A stretch of DNA of 64,000 nt from Candidatus Zhuqueibacterota bacterium (GTDB taxonomy: Bacteria; Electryoneota; RPQS01). Under the pieces are notes generated by a model. The model was not told the DNA's origin, ran no database searches, and saw only the letters and a program-made list of their open reading frames with translations. The first letter of the stretch is position 1. Every line of letters begins with the position of its first letter. Below are positions 31,228 to 40,431 of the stretch, in pieces. The position numbers and the translations under genes were made by a program. The DNA is taken from positions 297,142 to 361,141 of the forward strand of contig JACRMR010000012.1 of NCBI GenBank assembly GCA_016214895.1. The letters are read 5' to 3'.

Positions 31228-32015
31228 TGGCGGAACACGATAGCGATGTTCGCATCGAGCGGAGTCGTCCCGAGGCGCTGCGCGAAGCCGCCGTGTTGCG
31301 CGGCCGCGATCTCTTGAAGCGCTACGGCCGCCGCACGGTGGTGGACTCGGTCACCGTGCACGTATCAACCGGCGAAATTGTCGGCTTGCTGGGTCCGAAC
31401 GGGGCCGGCAAGACGACCACGTTCTACATGATGACCGGCATGATCCAGCCGAACGGCGGAGAGATTCTGCTGGGCGACACCGTCATTACGCGCATGCCGA
31501 TGTACCGGCGGGCGCGGCTGGGCATCGGCTACCTCGCGCAAGAGCCGTCAGTCTTTCGCAAGCTCACGGTCGAGCAGAACCTGATGGCCATTCTGGAGCT
31601 GCTCCCCATTCGTCGCCGCGAACGCCAGGAGCGAATGCAGCAATTGCTCGAAGAGTTCACGCTCACGCAGGTGGCGAAGAACAAGGGGTATCAGCTCTCC
31701 GGCGGCGAACGTCGCCGCGTCGAAATCGCAAGGTCGTTGGTCACGCGTCCGAAGTTCATGTTGCTTGACGAGCCGTTCGCCGGAATCGACCCCATTGCCG
31801 TCAACGATATCCAGCAGATCGTAAAAGGGCTGAAGGGCCGCGGCTTGGGTGTGCTGATCACGGACCACAATGTCCACGAGACCCTGGCCATCACCGACCG
31901 CTCCTATCTCCTCTACAGCGGCCGGCTATTGAAAGAGGGCTCAGCCGAGTTTCTGGCCAGTGATGAAGAGGCGCGCCGAATCTACCTCGGCGACACCTTC
32001 AAACTGGGTCGGTAG
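31224..32015 (+). CDS. lptB: LPS export ABC transporter ATP-binding protein LptB
   Basis: Walker [13 protein letters not shown] signature [15 protein letters not shown], Walker B MLLDEP, an LptB-type C-terminal extension, and a position immediately upstream of rpoN. Confidence 0.9.
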   Translation: MMAEHDSDVRIERSRPEALREAAVLRGRDLLKRYGRRTVVDSVTVHVSTGEIVGLLGPNGAGKTTTFYMMTGMIQPNGGEILLGDTVITRMPMYRRARLGIGYLAQEPSVFRKLTVEQNLMAILELLPIRRRERQERMQQLLEEFTLTQVAKNKGYQLSGGERRRVEIARSLVTRPKFMLLDEPFAGIDPIAVNDIQQIVKGLKGRGLGVLITDHNVHETLAITDRSYLLYSGRLLKEGSAEFLASDEEARRIYLGDTFKLGR

Positions 32016-32235
32016 CGGCCGTGCGGCAGGTCTGACCGTGTCATGAGGTATGTCATAGCAATTAGTGCCTCTATCAACCAGCGAAGTCCCCGAGGCAAAT
32101 CCGTGAGCAGGTCGGACTCCCGATCAAATTCGTTTTCTCTAACTCGTATAAATACAATTATTAATGATTTCTTGAAATCGATGACGGGAACCCGAAACAT
32201 ATGTGCGCAGTGATTGGCATAGGGGTTGCATGTCA

Positions 32236-32297
32236 GAGGTGGGTGATCAGGCTGGTCTCACGTCAACTCGCTGTGCACGTTCCTGATCACACCCACC
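32236..32297 (+). promoter_or_regulatory. Long imperfect inverted repeat (16-bp arms, ~30-nt loop) in AT-rich lptB-rpoN intergenic island
   Basis: gaggtgggtgatcagg ... cctgatcacacccacc. The surrounding region 32040-32230 is conspicuously AT-rich compared with the rest of the window. Confidence 0.35.
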
Positions 32298-32340
32298 CGT
32301 AGTCAACCCTCTCTGTCGTCCGGCCTCCAGGTAATGAACC

Positions 32341-33831
32341 ATGACCCAACTCCGGCAAGAATTTCGTCAGCACCAGCGACTTGAGCAGTACCTCCAACCG
32401 CAACAGATCCTCCGCAGCGAGCTGATCCAATTGCCCTTGCTCGAGCTCGAACTTCGAGTCCGGCAAGAGCTGGTGGAAAACCCGTTTCTCGAAGAGATCG
32501 CCGAGGACGAGGCCATTGTGGACAAGCAGCAAGTCGAGCTGGAATCGGATACCGCGGCGGCAACCTACGAGACTGACCACTCGGAAAATGGGACGACCGA
32601 AAAAGCGGCCGAGATAGAATCCGCGCAGGAGGCGACCAAGGAGTCGGACGTTGACTGGGAGAACTTCCTCAGCGATGACGCCGATCAAGGTCTATTCCGG
32701 GCCGGAAAGCACATGCCCGATGACATGGTGGAGACCCCGCAGGCTTTCGTGCCCACGCTGTCCGAACACCTTGAGGAGCAGTTGCGATTACAGCGGCTTA
32801 CCCCGGATGAATTAAAGGTCGGGCAGTACATCATCGGCTCGATCAACAACGACGGCTATCTGAAATACCCGGTCGAAGAAATCGCGCGCGAACTCAATGT
32901 GCCGGTGCCGCTGGCGGAGAAGGTGCTGGCCTTGGTCCAGCAACTCGACCCGCCCGGAATCGGGGCGCGACACCCGCAGGAATGCCTGTTGATTCAACTT
33001 CGCCAGTGGGACCATCAGGACAAAGCGCGATTGCCAATTCAAATCCTGACCGAGGCCTACGATGACTTGCTCAATAAGCGCTACGAAGTGATCGCCAAAA
33101 AGATGAATGTTGCGCTCGACCAGGTTAAGCAGGCCTTCGCCGAGATCCGCAAACTCAACCCCAAGCCGGGCGAAGGCTATTTCGATGAGAAACAGAACTA
33201 CGTTGTCCCGGACCTGGTCGTGACTCGCGCCGGCGGAGATGACGACGAATTCATCGTCTTCCTGAACGACGGAAATATCCCCAGCTTCCACATCAACACG
33301 GCCTACAAGGAGATGTTCCTGTCGGGAAATACCGACAAGAAAGTCAAGGAGTTCGTCACCCGCAAACTCGAGAGCGCCCGCTGGTTCATTAACGCGATTC
33401 ATCAACGGCAAACCACGATTCTGCGCACCATGCGCGCCATTGTCAAGCGGCAAGAGGGCTTCTTCCGCCACGGCAAGGAACATCTCAAACCGATGATCCT
33501 GCAGGATATTGCCGAGGAAATCGGGATGGACATTTCCACGATCTCTCGCGTGACGTCCGGAAAGTACGTGCAGACCGAGTGGGGCGTCTTCGAGCTGAAG
33601 TACTTCTTCTCCGAACGCATGGAAACCACCGACGGCGAGGAGATTTCCACGAAAGTCATTAAGGCCCGCCTGCTCGACATCATCGAACAGGAAGGCAAAT
33701 CAGATCCGCTCTCCGACCAGACCATCGCCGAGATGCTGGCCAAGGAGGGCTACCCCATCGCGCGCCGCACCGTCCAGAAATACCGCGAGCAATTGGCCAT
33801 CCCGGTCAAGCGCTTGCGGCGAGAGATCTGA
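32341..33831 (+). CDS. rpoN: RNA polymerase sigma-54 factor
   Basis: Gln/Leu-rich region I (LRQEFRQHQRLEQYLQPQQILRSELIQLPLLELE), the core-binding region, the C-terminal HTH and the RpoN box ARRTVQKYRE. Confidence 0.9.
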   Translation: MTQLRQEFRQHQRLEQYLQPQQILRSELIQLPLLELELRVRQELVENPFLEEIAEDEAIVDKQQVELESDTAAATYETDHSENGTTEKAAEIESAQEATKESDVDWENFLSDDADQGLFRAGKHMPDDMVETPQAFVPTLSEHLEEQLRLQRLTPDELKVGQYIIGSINNDGYLKYPVEEIARELNVPVPLAEKVLALVQQLDPPGIGARHPQECLLIQLRQWDHQDKARLPIQILTEAYDDLLNKRYEVIAKKMNVALDQVKQAFAEIRKLNPKPGEGYFDEKQNYVVPDLVVTRAGGDDDEFIVFLNDGNIPSFHINTAYKEMFLSGNTDKKVKEFVTRKLESARWFINAIHQRQTTILRTMRAIVKRQEGFFRHGKEHLKPMILQDIAEEIGMDISTISRVTSGKYVQTEWGVFELKYFFSERMETTDGEEISTKVIKARLLDIIEQEGKSDPLSDQTIAEMLAKEGYPIARRTVQKYREQLAIPVKRLRREI

Positions 33832-33854
33832 TTCCCGACGCAGTTTCCGCTCCG

Positions 33855-33884
33855 GGGCCGGCCTTCCGCCGGCCCTGTTTGTTG
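33855..33884 (+). terminator. Intrinsic terminator after rpoN
   Basis: ggggccggc-cttcc-gccggccc followed by tgtttgtt. Confidence 0.5.
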
Positions 33885-34026
33885 CCGGGAGGCCCGGACT
33901 TGGCGGATTTGAGCGGAATTGTGTATATTGGGAGCCCGTCGAGCACCGGGAAACTACGCGCGGGTCACCTGTCCAACGGCACGGATCCGGAGCTAACTCT
34001 AACTAAATAGCCGTAAACTGGCCCCC

Positions 34027-36423
34027 ATGAGCGATAATCTTCTGACACCCGAGATCGAGTCCTTCCCCGTTCTGCCGCTGCGTGATGTCGTCGTCTTCCC
34101 GTCGATGATCTTTCCGTTGCTGATCGGCCGGCCGGGTACGCTCGCCGCCGTCGAACGGGCCATGCTCCTCGAACGCAGGCTGCTGCTGCTGTCGCAGCGC
34201 GATCCGAATCAGGAAGAACTGACCCCCGACGATCTCTTCCGCGTGGGGGTCGTCGCCAACATTCTACAGACCCTCAAGCTCCCCAACGGACTGGTCAAGG
34301 TGTTGATCGAAGGGCTCTATCGCGCTTCCGCATCGGACATTACCACCGAACAGCAATCCCTCGTCGCCAAAGTTCACCGCCTGCAGTTGCAAAACGTCGA
34401 TTCGGTCGAAACACGCGCAAACATGAAAGTCGCGCAGCGCCGGTTCCGCGATTACGTGAGTCTGAACCGGCAGTTGCCCGAGGAAGTGCTGATCTCACTC
34501 ACGTCGGTTACCGAACCTGAGCGGGTCTCCGATTTCATGATGGCGCACCTGCCGCTGCCCGTCGCGCAAAAGCAGGAGGTGCTCGACGAAGCGAATTTGC
34601 TCGAACAGTTCGCGATCATCAATCGCGTGCTCGAACATGAAATCGAAATTCTGAAAATCGAGAAGTCGATCGAAGGTCAGGTGCGCGAGAAGATCAGCCG
34701 CTCGCAGCGGGTGTACTACCTGCAGGAACAGATGCGGGTGATCAAAAAGGAACTCGGCGAAGAGGGTGACGAAGACTTCGCGGACGTGATCGCCTATCGC
34801 AAGCGGATGCGCAAGGCCAAGATGCCGAAGCTGGTGCGCGACCGCGCCGAAGAAGAAATCGAGAAGCTGAAGGGCATGCCGATGATGTCGCCCGAAGCGT
34901 CGGTCATCAAGAACTATCTCGATTGGCTGTGCGCGCTGCCCTGGGGAATTCGCACCAAGGATAACCTCGACATCGGCGCCGCGGAGACCATCCTCGATGA
35001 AGACCACTTCGGGCTGAAAAAGCCGAAGGAGCGGATTCTCGAGCATCTCGCCGTGCTCAAACGCGTGGACAAGATCAAGGGACCGATCCTCTGCCTCGTC
35101 GGTCCGCCCGGCGTCGGCAAGACTTCGCTCGCCCGCTCCGTGGCGCGGGCCATGGGCCGCAAATTCGTGCGCCTCTCGCTCGGCGGCGTGCGCGACGAAG
35201 CCGAAATCCGCGGCCACCGCCGTACTTACATCGGGTCCATGCCCGGCCGAATCATCCAATCCATGAAACGCGCGGGATCGATGAACCCCGTCTTCCTGCT
35301 CGATGAAATCGACAAGATGGCGTCCGATTTTCGCGGTGATCCGGCGGCAGCGCTGCTGGAAGTCCTCGACCCGGAGCAAAACTCGGCGTTTTCCGATCAC
35401 TACCTCGAAGTCGATTTCGACCTGTCGCAAATCCTGTTCATCACGACCGCCAATATCCGTCACGACATTCCACTGCCGCTGCAAGATCGCATGGAAGTCA
35501 TCGAGATCCACGGTTACTTGCGACACGAAAAGCAGCAGATCGCCTCGCACTTCCTGCTGCCCAAGCAAATGCAAGATCACGGCCTGGAGAGCAAGGAGCT
35601 CGACGTTACCGCGGCGGCCATGAGCGGGATCATCGATCACTATACCCGTGAATCCGGCGTCCGCGAACTCGAACGAATGCTGGCCCGCGTCTGCCGAAAA
35701 GTGGCGCGCGAGAACTCACAGAAAGGACGCGCGCGCGCGCGGCTGACTCCGCTCACCATCGAAAGCTATCTCGGGGTGCCGCCGTTCAAGGAGAATTTGG
35801 TTGACCAGATTCATCGCATCGGAAGCGTGGTCGGGCTGGCTTGGACGTCCGTGGGCGGCGACGTGTTGAATATTCAGGCCTCGATCATGAAAGGCAAGGG
35901 CAACATTCAGTTGACCGGCCGACTCGGCGAAGTCATGCGTGAATCCGCGCAGGCGGCCATGACCTACTTGCGAGCCTACGGCGGCGCGTGGGGGGTGCCC
36001 GTCGATTTCCTGGCTAAGAACGATGTCCACGTCCATATTCCGGAAGGCGCAACACCAAAGGACGGTCCGTCCGCAGGAATTACGCTCGCGACCGCTGTGC
36101 TCTCTGCCATCATCAATAAGCCGGTGCCGGCCGACATTGCCATGACCGGGGAGATCACCCTGCGCGGCACGGTCCTGCCGATCGGCGGCTTGCCCGAAAA
36201 AACCATGGCCGCGCGACGAGCGCAAATTCGCAAACTGTTCATTCCCTCCGGCAATCGTGTGGATTGGGCCGATCTGGACGCGGAACTCAAAGAAGGGTTC
36301 GAGATTCAGTTCGTCGATCAAGTCGAAGAGGTGTGGAACGATATTTTCAAGCAGTCACCGAAGCGCGGCGTGCGCCGCTCCCAGCCGCGCGCCCGCTCTT
36401 CCCCGAGCACTCGACCAAACTAA
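34027..36423 (+). CDS. lon: ATP-dependent Lon protease (LonA)
   Basis: Lon N-terminal domain, AAA+ Walker A GPPGVGKTS, catalytic Ser-Lys region PKDGPSAGIT...K, and a length of 798 aa. Confidence 0.95.
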   Translation: MSDNLLTPEIESFPVLPLRDVVVFPSMIFPLLIGRPGTLAAVERAMLLERRLLLLSQRDPNQEELTPDDLFRVGVVANILQTLKLPNGLVKVLIEGLYRASASDITTEQQSLVAKVHRLQLQNVDSVETRANMKVAQRRFRDYVSLNRQLPEEVLISLTSVTEPERVSDFMMAHLPLPVAQKQEVLDEANLLEQFAIINRVLEHEIEILKIEKSIEGQVREKISRSQRVYYLQEQMRVIKKELGEEGDEDFADVIAYRKRMRKAKMPKLVRDRAEEEIEKLKGMPMMSPEASVIKNYLDWLCALPWGIRTKDNLDIGAAETILDEDHFGLKKPKERILEHLAVLKRVDKIKGPILCLVGPPGVGKTSLARSVARAMGRKFVRLSLGGVRDEAEIRGHRRTYIGSMPGRIIQSMKRAGSMNPVFLLDEIDKMASDFRGDPAAALLEVLDPEQNSAFSDHYLEVDFDLSQILFITTANIRHDIPLPLQDRMEVIEIHGYLRHEKQQIASHFLLPKQMQDHGLESKELDVTAAAMSGIIDHYTRESGVRELERMLARVCRKVARENSQKGRARARLTPLTIESYLGVPPFKENLVDQIHRIGSVVGLAWTSVGGDVLNIQASIMKGKGNIQLTGRLGEVMRESAQAAMTYLRAYGGAWGVPVDFLAKNDVHVHIPEGATPKDGPSAGITLATAVLSAIINKPVPADIAMTGEITLRGTVLPIGGLPEKTMAARRAQIRKLFIPSGNRVDWADLDAELKEGFEIQFVDQVEEVWNDIFKQSPKRGVRRSQPRARSSPSTRPN

Positions 36424-36500
36424 GTTCGACGCCCCGCCGTCGCTCACTGCGCAACAATCAAACGGGCACTTCAGAAGTGCCCGTCTTAACTCAGCTTATC

Positions 36501-37115
36501 ATGGCCGCCTTCAAGATTCCCGAAGCCGAATTCGTGCTCTCCTGCCCGCGCGTGGAGCTGGCGCCAAAACGTCCGTTGCCCGAAATCGCGTTTGCCGGTC
36601 GCAGCAACGTCGGCAAATCGTCGCTGATCAACTCGCTCTTGAATCGCAAGCAGATCGCGATGACCTCAAAGGCGCCCGGCAAAACTCGCCTGTTAAACTA
36701 CTTTCTGATCGGTCGCGGCTGGTGCTACTTCGTGGACCTGCCCGGCTACGGATACGCGAAGGTCTCACAGAGCCTGAAAGACGACTGGGGAGAGTATCTT
36801 GAAGCTTATTTCCGGGACGCGCCCCGCTTGATCCTGTCCGTACTGCTGATCGATGTCCGGCGCGGGGTGACGCCGCTCGACGAGCAGATGGTGGACGGTC
36901 TCGCCATCTACAAGCGGCCATTTCTGGCGATTCTGACCAAAGCCGACAAGCTGAACGCTGCTGAACTTGCGCGCACGGTCCGCCGGATCGGCGAACAGTT
37001 GATGCCGCGCGGAGCGCGCCGAATCATCCCCTATTCCGCCATCAATCACATGGGGCGTGATCTCCTCTGGGCTGAGGTGCGCAACGTGATTGAAGAGCAA
37101 AAAGCGCGACCGTAG
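36501..37115 (+). CDS. engB: Ribosome biogenesis GTP-binding protein EngB/YsxC
   Basis: G1 GRSNVGKSS, G3 DLPGYG and G4 TKADK. The start ATG at 36501 is internal to the over-extended track ORF 36264..37115. Confidence 0.85.
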   Translation: MAAFKIPEAEFVLSCPRVELAPKRPLPEIAFAGRSNVGKSSLINSLLNRKQIAMTSKAPGKTRLLNYFLIGRGWCYFVDLPGYGYAKVSQSLKDDWGEYLEAYFRDAPRLILSVLLIDVRRGVTPLDEQMVDGLAIYKRPFLAILTKADKLNAAELARTVRRIGEQLMPRGARRIIPYSAINHMGRDLLWAEVRNVIEEQKARP

Positions 37116-37143
37116 TCTCTTCCGTCGCGCTTCTTCCCCGGTG

Positions 37144-37170
37144 CCTCGCGGAAACGCGAGGTTTTCTATT
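37144..37170. terminator. Bidirectional intrinsic terminator between engB and convergent lipoprotein gene
   Basis: cctcgcg-gaaa-cgcgagg followed by ttttctattt. Confidence 0.55.
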
Positions 37171-38215
37171 TGGTGAATACGACCAATCCCTGCCCGCGGT
37201 CAGTCACGTATAACCGGTTCCCGGCCGGGTCCGCGTCCAGCGCGCTCGGATCGATCACGTCCAGAAGTTGCACAAACTCCGGCGCCGACGGAGTGGAAAT
37301 GTCGTACACGTAGATCCCGTCGTTCACGTCCAGCACACAGGCATAGTGGCCCTGCACGACGATTTCCTGCAAGCGGTCCGCGCTGGGGACCACCAGCGTG
37401 GCCGCCACGACCGGAGCCGTGCGCGTCGTCGCATCGACCACCACGATGCCATATTGCGCGGCCACAATGATATAGTCTCCGTACCAGGCACAATCATAGG
37501 CAATGCCGGGAACCTCGAGGGTCGAGATCGACTCGCTCACGTTGCCGCGGTGAAGGTGGATTCCCTCTTCGCCGATGCCAATGGCAAACTCGACGCTCGC
37601 GTTGCGACCAAATCCGCGAATCTCCCGCCGCGGCGGAAGGTACGGAGCAAACACGAGGTCGCACGAAAATGACCAATTCGATTGGTCGTTCTCGCGGCAG
37701 AGTTTGGTCGCAATGAAACCGTCATTGCCCGCTTGGTCCGATGCCCAGAACTTGAGGGTGTCGTCAACCGAGTCAAACTCGAGATCGCGCAGCGGAACGA
37801 CGAAATTGATTCCGCTCTTGCGCTCCCCCGATAGGAAATCGTGAATATCGGAATGGCTGGCGATCTCTCCGGCATCGACGCCGCTCATTACATAATGGTG
37901 GAGCAAGTCGAGGGCGACGATGGCCGTCTTCTCGCCCGCCAGCAGCCCGTTCCGATTATCGTAATGAAACACCGAGTCAATCGCGTTCAGATCAGCCACA
38001 TTCAGCACGACCGTTCCGTACAGGTCGTCCGCAATCGCGACATAATCCCCCTTGGCCGCGACGTCCTGCGCGACGCCGCGCGTCACAAATACCGCCGCTT
38101 GCGCGTAGGGTCGCACGGGGATGTCGGGAGTGTTAGGCTCGTCACACGACGTCAAGAGCAACAGCGGCAGCGTCGTCAAAACGAGCGCCAGCCGGCGATA
38201 CAATGAGGGGTTCAT
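37166..38215 (-). CDS. LVIVD-repeat beta-propeller lipoprotein
   Basis: Lipoprotein signal MNPSLYRRLALVLTTLPLLLLTSC and repeated (G)DY(V/I)..A....G(I/V)VV.D motifs, e.g. GDYVAIADDLYGTVVLNV and GDYIIVAAQYGIVVVDA. Confidence 0.55.
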   Translation of the reverse strand: MNPSLYRRLALVLTTLPLLLLTSCDEPNTPDIPVRPYAQAAVFVTRGVAQDVAAKGDYVAIADDLYGTVVLNVADLNAIDSVFHYDNRNGLLAGEKTAIVALDLLHHYVMSGVDAGEIASHSDIHDFLSGERKSGINFVVPLRDLEFDSVDDTLKFWASDQAGNDGFIATKLCRENDQSNWSFSCDLVFAPYLPPRREIRGFGRNASVEFAIGIGEEGIHLHRGNVSESISTLEVPGIAYDCAWYGDYIIVAAQYGIVVVDATTRTAPVVAATLVVPSADRLQEIVVQGHYACVLDVNDGIYVYDISTPSAPEFVQLLDVIDPSALDADPAGNRLYVTDRGQGLVVFTK

Positions 38216-38218
38216 ACG

Positions 38219-38881
38219 CTAAGGAGGCAGGTGAAAGGCAGGATGCGCCGCGAGCGCCTGCTCGACGGCGTGAAAAGTCTCAAACGGGTGAAAGGGACGA
38301 CCCAGTCGTTCGCACTCGCGCGCGAGCGTGCCGGTAGCAAACAGCAGGTCGGCATGCGCCGACGGGCAGAGATCAGTATAACCGTCGCCAATGTAAATGA
38401 CGGACTTGCCGCGCCCCTTGAAGCCAAGTACGTCCACGCACTTGCAATGACTGCAACACTCTTTCATTCGCGGACCCGGATACGGCTGCATCCGCCAACC
38501 CGTGGCAAGCGGCTCGACTTCGTGCGCGCGAATTTCTACATCATGCACGCCGGCTTTTTCGAGCAAAGCCTCGATTAGAATGCGCAAGCCCGATGACAGA
38601 ATCACGATTGGCAGATCGTGCGCGCGGCAACGGTTCACGAACTCGGCGAAGCCGTCCCTGATCATCACTCCGCGCAACAGTGACTCGCGGGCCGTGGTCC
38701 AGGACGCCCGGATCAGCGAAACCTGCTCCATCATCGCCGCGCGCTCGGTCAGGTCGCCGCGCCAGACACGATCGTCGAGTTCTTTCCAATAAGGATCGGC
38801 GTATTCCGCGAGCAGATACTCCACCGCGTCGGGAATACTGATCGTGCCGTCAAAATCGCAGCAAACCACCCAGTCGTTCAT
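38219..38881 (-). CDS. HAD-superfamily (IB/MtnX-like) phosphatase, translationally coupled to pdxT
   Basis: Motif I VVCCDFDGTIS, motif IV IYIGDGYTDL, and a Cys cluster CCSHCKC. The ATG at 38879-38881 overlaps the pdxT stop (ATGA). Confidence 0.6.
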   Translation of the reverse strand: MNDWVVCCDFDGTISIPDAVEYLLAEYADPYWKELDDRVWRGDLTERAAMMEQVSLIRASWTTARESLLRGVMIRDGFAEFVNRCRAHDLPIVILSSGLRILIEALLEKAGVHDVEIRAHEVEPLATGWRMQPYPGPRMKECCSHCKCVDVLGFKGRGKSVIYIGDGYTDLCPSAHADLLFATGTLARECERLGRPFHPFETFHAVEQALAAHPAFHLPP

Positions 38882-39453
38882 GCGATCAGCGACAGAAAAT
38901 AGCGGTGCAAGCGATCGTCCGCGGTCAGTTCGGGATGAAAGGAGGTGGCCAGAATGCGCCCCTGTCGGATGCACACCGGTTCCGCTTCATACCACACCAG
39001 CGGCCGGCAATCCGGCCCGTACGTGCGGATGCGGGGAGCGCGAATGAACACCCCGTGCAGCGTCCCGGATCCAAGCTCCGGGTCAACGCGCAAGTCGGCC
39101 TCGAAGGAGTGCAGTTGTCGGCCGAACCCGTTGCGGTCAACTTCGAAGTCCATCCATTCAAACGCCGCCACACGCGGGTCGGCCACACCCCGGGAGAGCA
39201 TGATCATCCCCGCGCACGTTCCCCACACGGCATGCGACTTCGCAAACTCGTCGAGCGCCGAGCGCAGCGGTACCGTCATGAGCCTCGTCAGCGTCGTGCT
39301 CTCGCCGCCGGGAATAACCAATCCCGCCACTCCGGCAAGCTCGGTTTCCGTCCGGATTTCGCGTACGCGAACTCCGAGGTGTTCGAACCGCTCGCGGTGT
39401 TTCGCGAAGTCGCCCTGCAGCGCCAACAAGCCGACCGTCTGCTCAGAGCCCAC
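38878..39453 (-). CDS. pdxT: Pyridoxal 5'-phosphate synthase glutaminase subunit PdxT
   Basis: Class I glutamine amidotransferase with catalytic Cys in GTCAGMIML, His/Glu in SFHPELT, and a length of 191 aa. Confidence 0.9.
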   Translation of the reverse strand: MGSEQTVGLLALQGDFAKHRERFEHLGVRVREIRTETELAGVAGLVIPGGESTTLTRLMTVPLRSALDEFAKSHAVWGTCAGMIMLSRGVADPRVAAFEWMDFEVDRNGFGRQLHSFEADLRVDPELGSGTLHGVFIRAPRIRTYGPDCRPLVWYEAEPVCIRQGRILATSFHPELTADDRLHRYFLSLIA

Positions 39454-39474
39454 GCGATGTCGCTCCCGGTCGGA

Positions 39475-40359
39475 TCACCAGCCGCGCGTGGCGAGCATGT
39501 CCTCCGCGCGCATCGTGCGCACGTCGAGCCCCGGCATGGCATTCATCAACCCCGTGGAAACCTCCGCCAGCTTCTTCGGATCGCGGAAATGCGTCGTCGC
39601 AATCACGATCGCCTGCCCCCGCGCAATCGGATCATCGCTCTTGAAGATACCCGAGCCGACAAACACCGCCTCCGCGCCAAGTTGCATCATCAATGCGGCG
39701 TCGGCGGGCGTCGCGATCCCCCCCGCAGCAAAATTCGGTACGGGAAGTTTGCCCAGCGAACGCACTTGAGTCAACAGCTCATAGGGAGCGCCGATTTCCT
39801 TCCCATAGGCGACCAGTTCCTCGTCCCCCATCAGCGTCACGCGCCGGCAGGCCGTCATCACACTGCGCATGTGCCGCACCGCCTCGACGATGTTTCCGGT
39901 ACCGGCCTCGCCCTTGGTGCGAATCATCGCCGCGCCCTCGGCGATCCTGCGCAGCGCTTCGCCCAAATCGCGGCAGCCGCACACAAACGGAACCTTGAAC
40001 TTGTGCTTGTCGATATGGTAGTTCTCGTCCGCCGGTGTCAACACTTCGCTCTCGTCGATGAAATCCACCTCAATGGACTCCAGAATCTGCGCTTCTACAA
40101 AGTGGCCGATCCGGCACTTTGCCATCACCGGAATCGATACGGCGGTCTGAATCTCACGAATCTTGGAGACATCGGACATGCGCGCCACACCGCCATCGCG
40201 CCGAATATCAGCGGGCACGCGCTCCAGCGCCATGACGGCAGTCGCGCCCGCATCTTCGGCAATCCGGGCCTGCGTCGCGTCGGTCACGTCCATGATCACG
40301 CCGCCCTTGAGCATTTCGGCGAGACCAACTTTCGTCGTGAATGTTCCTGTCTTTGTCAT
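39475..40359 (-). CDS. pdxS: Pyridoxal 5'-phosphate synthase lyase subunit PdxS
   Basis: Highly conserved PdxS/SNZ sequence (GGVIMDV...[15 protein letters not shown]...[16 protein letters not shown]). The start is taken at internal MTKTGTF. Confidence 0.9.
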   Translation of the reverse strand: MTKTGTFTTKVGLAEMLKGGVIMDVTDATQARIAEDAGATAVMALERVPADIRRDGGVARMSDVSKIREIQTAVSIPVMAKCRIGHFVEAQILESIEVDFIDESEVLTPADENYHIDKHKFKVPFVCGCRDLGEALRRIAEGAAMIRTKGEAGTGNIVEAVRHMRSVMTACRRVTLMGDEELVAYGKEIGAPYELLTQVRSLGKLPVPNFAAGGIATPADAALMMQLGAEAVFVGSGIFKSDDPIARGQAIVIATTHFRDPKKLAEVSTGLMNAMPGLDVRTMRAEDMLATRGW

Positions 40360-40431
40360 GGTGAAATTCTCCTCAAGATCGAAATCCAGAAAACCAACCG
40401 GTGGCGGCAACTGCTGCCGGCCCGCCGACGG

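Noticed and set aside
34495-35640. 381-aa minus-strand ORF
   Set aside because: It is antisense to lon, whose AAA+ and protease motifs are unambiguous.
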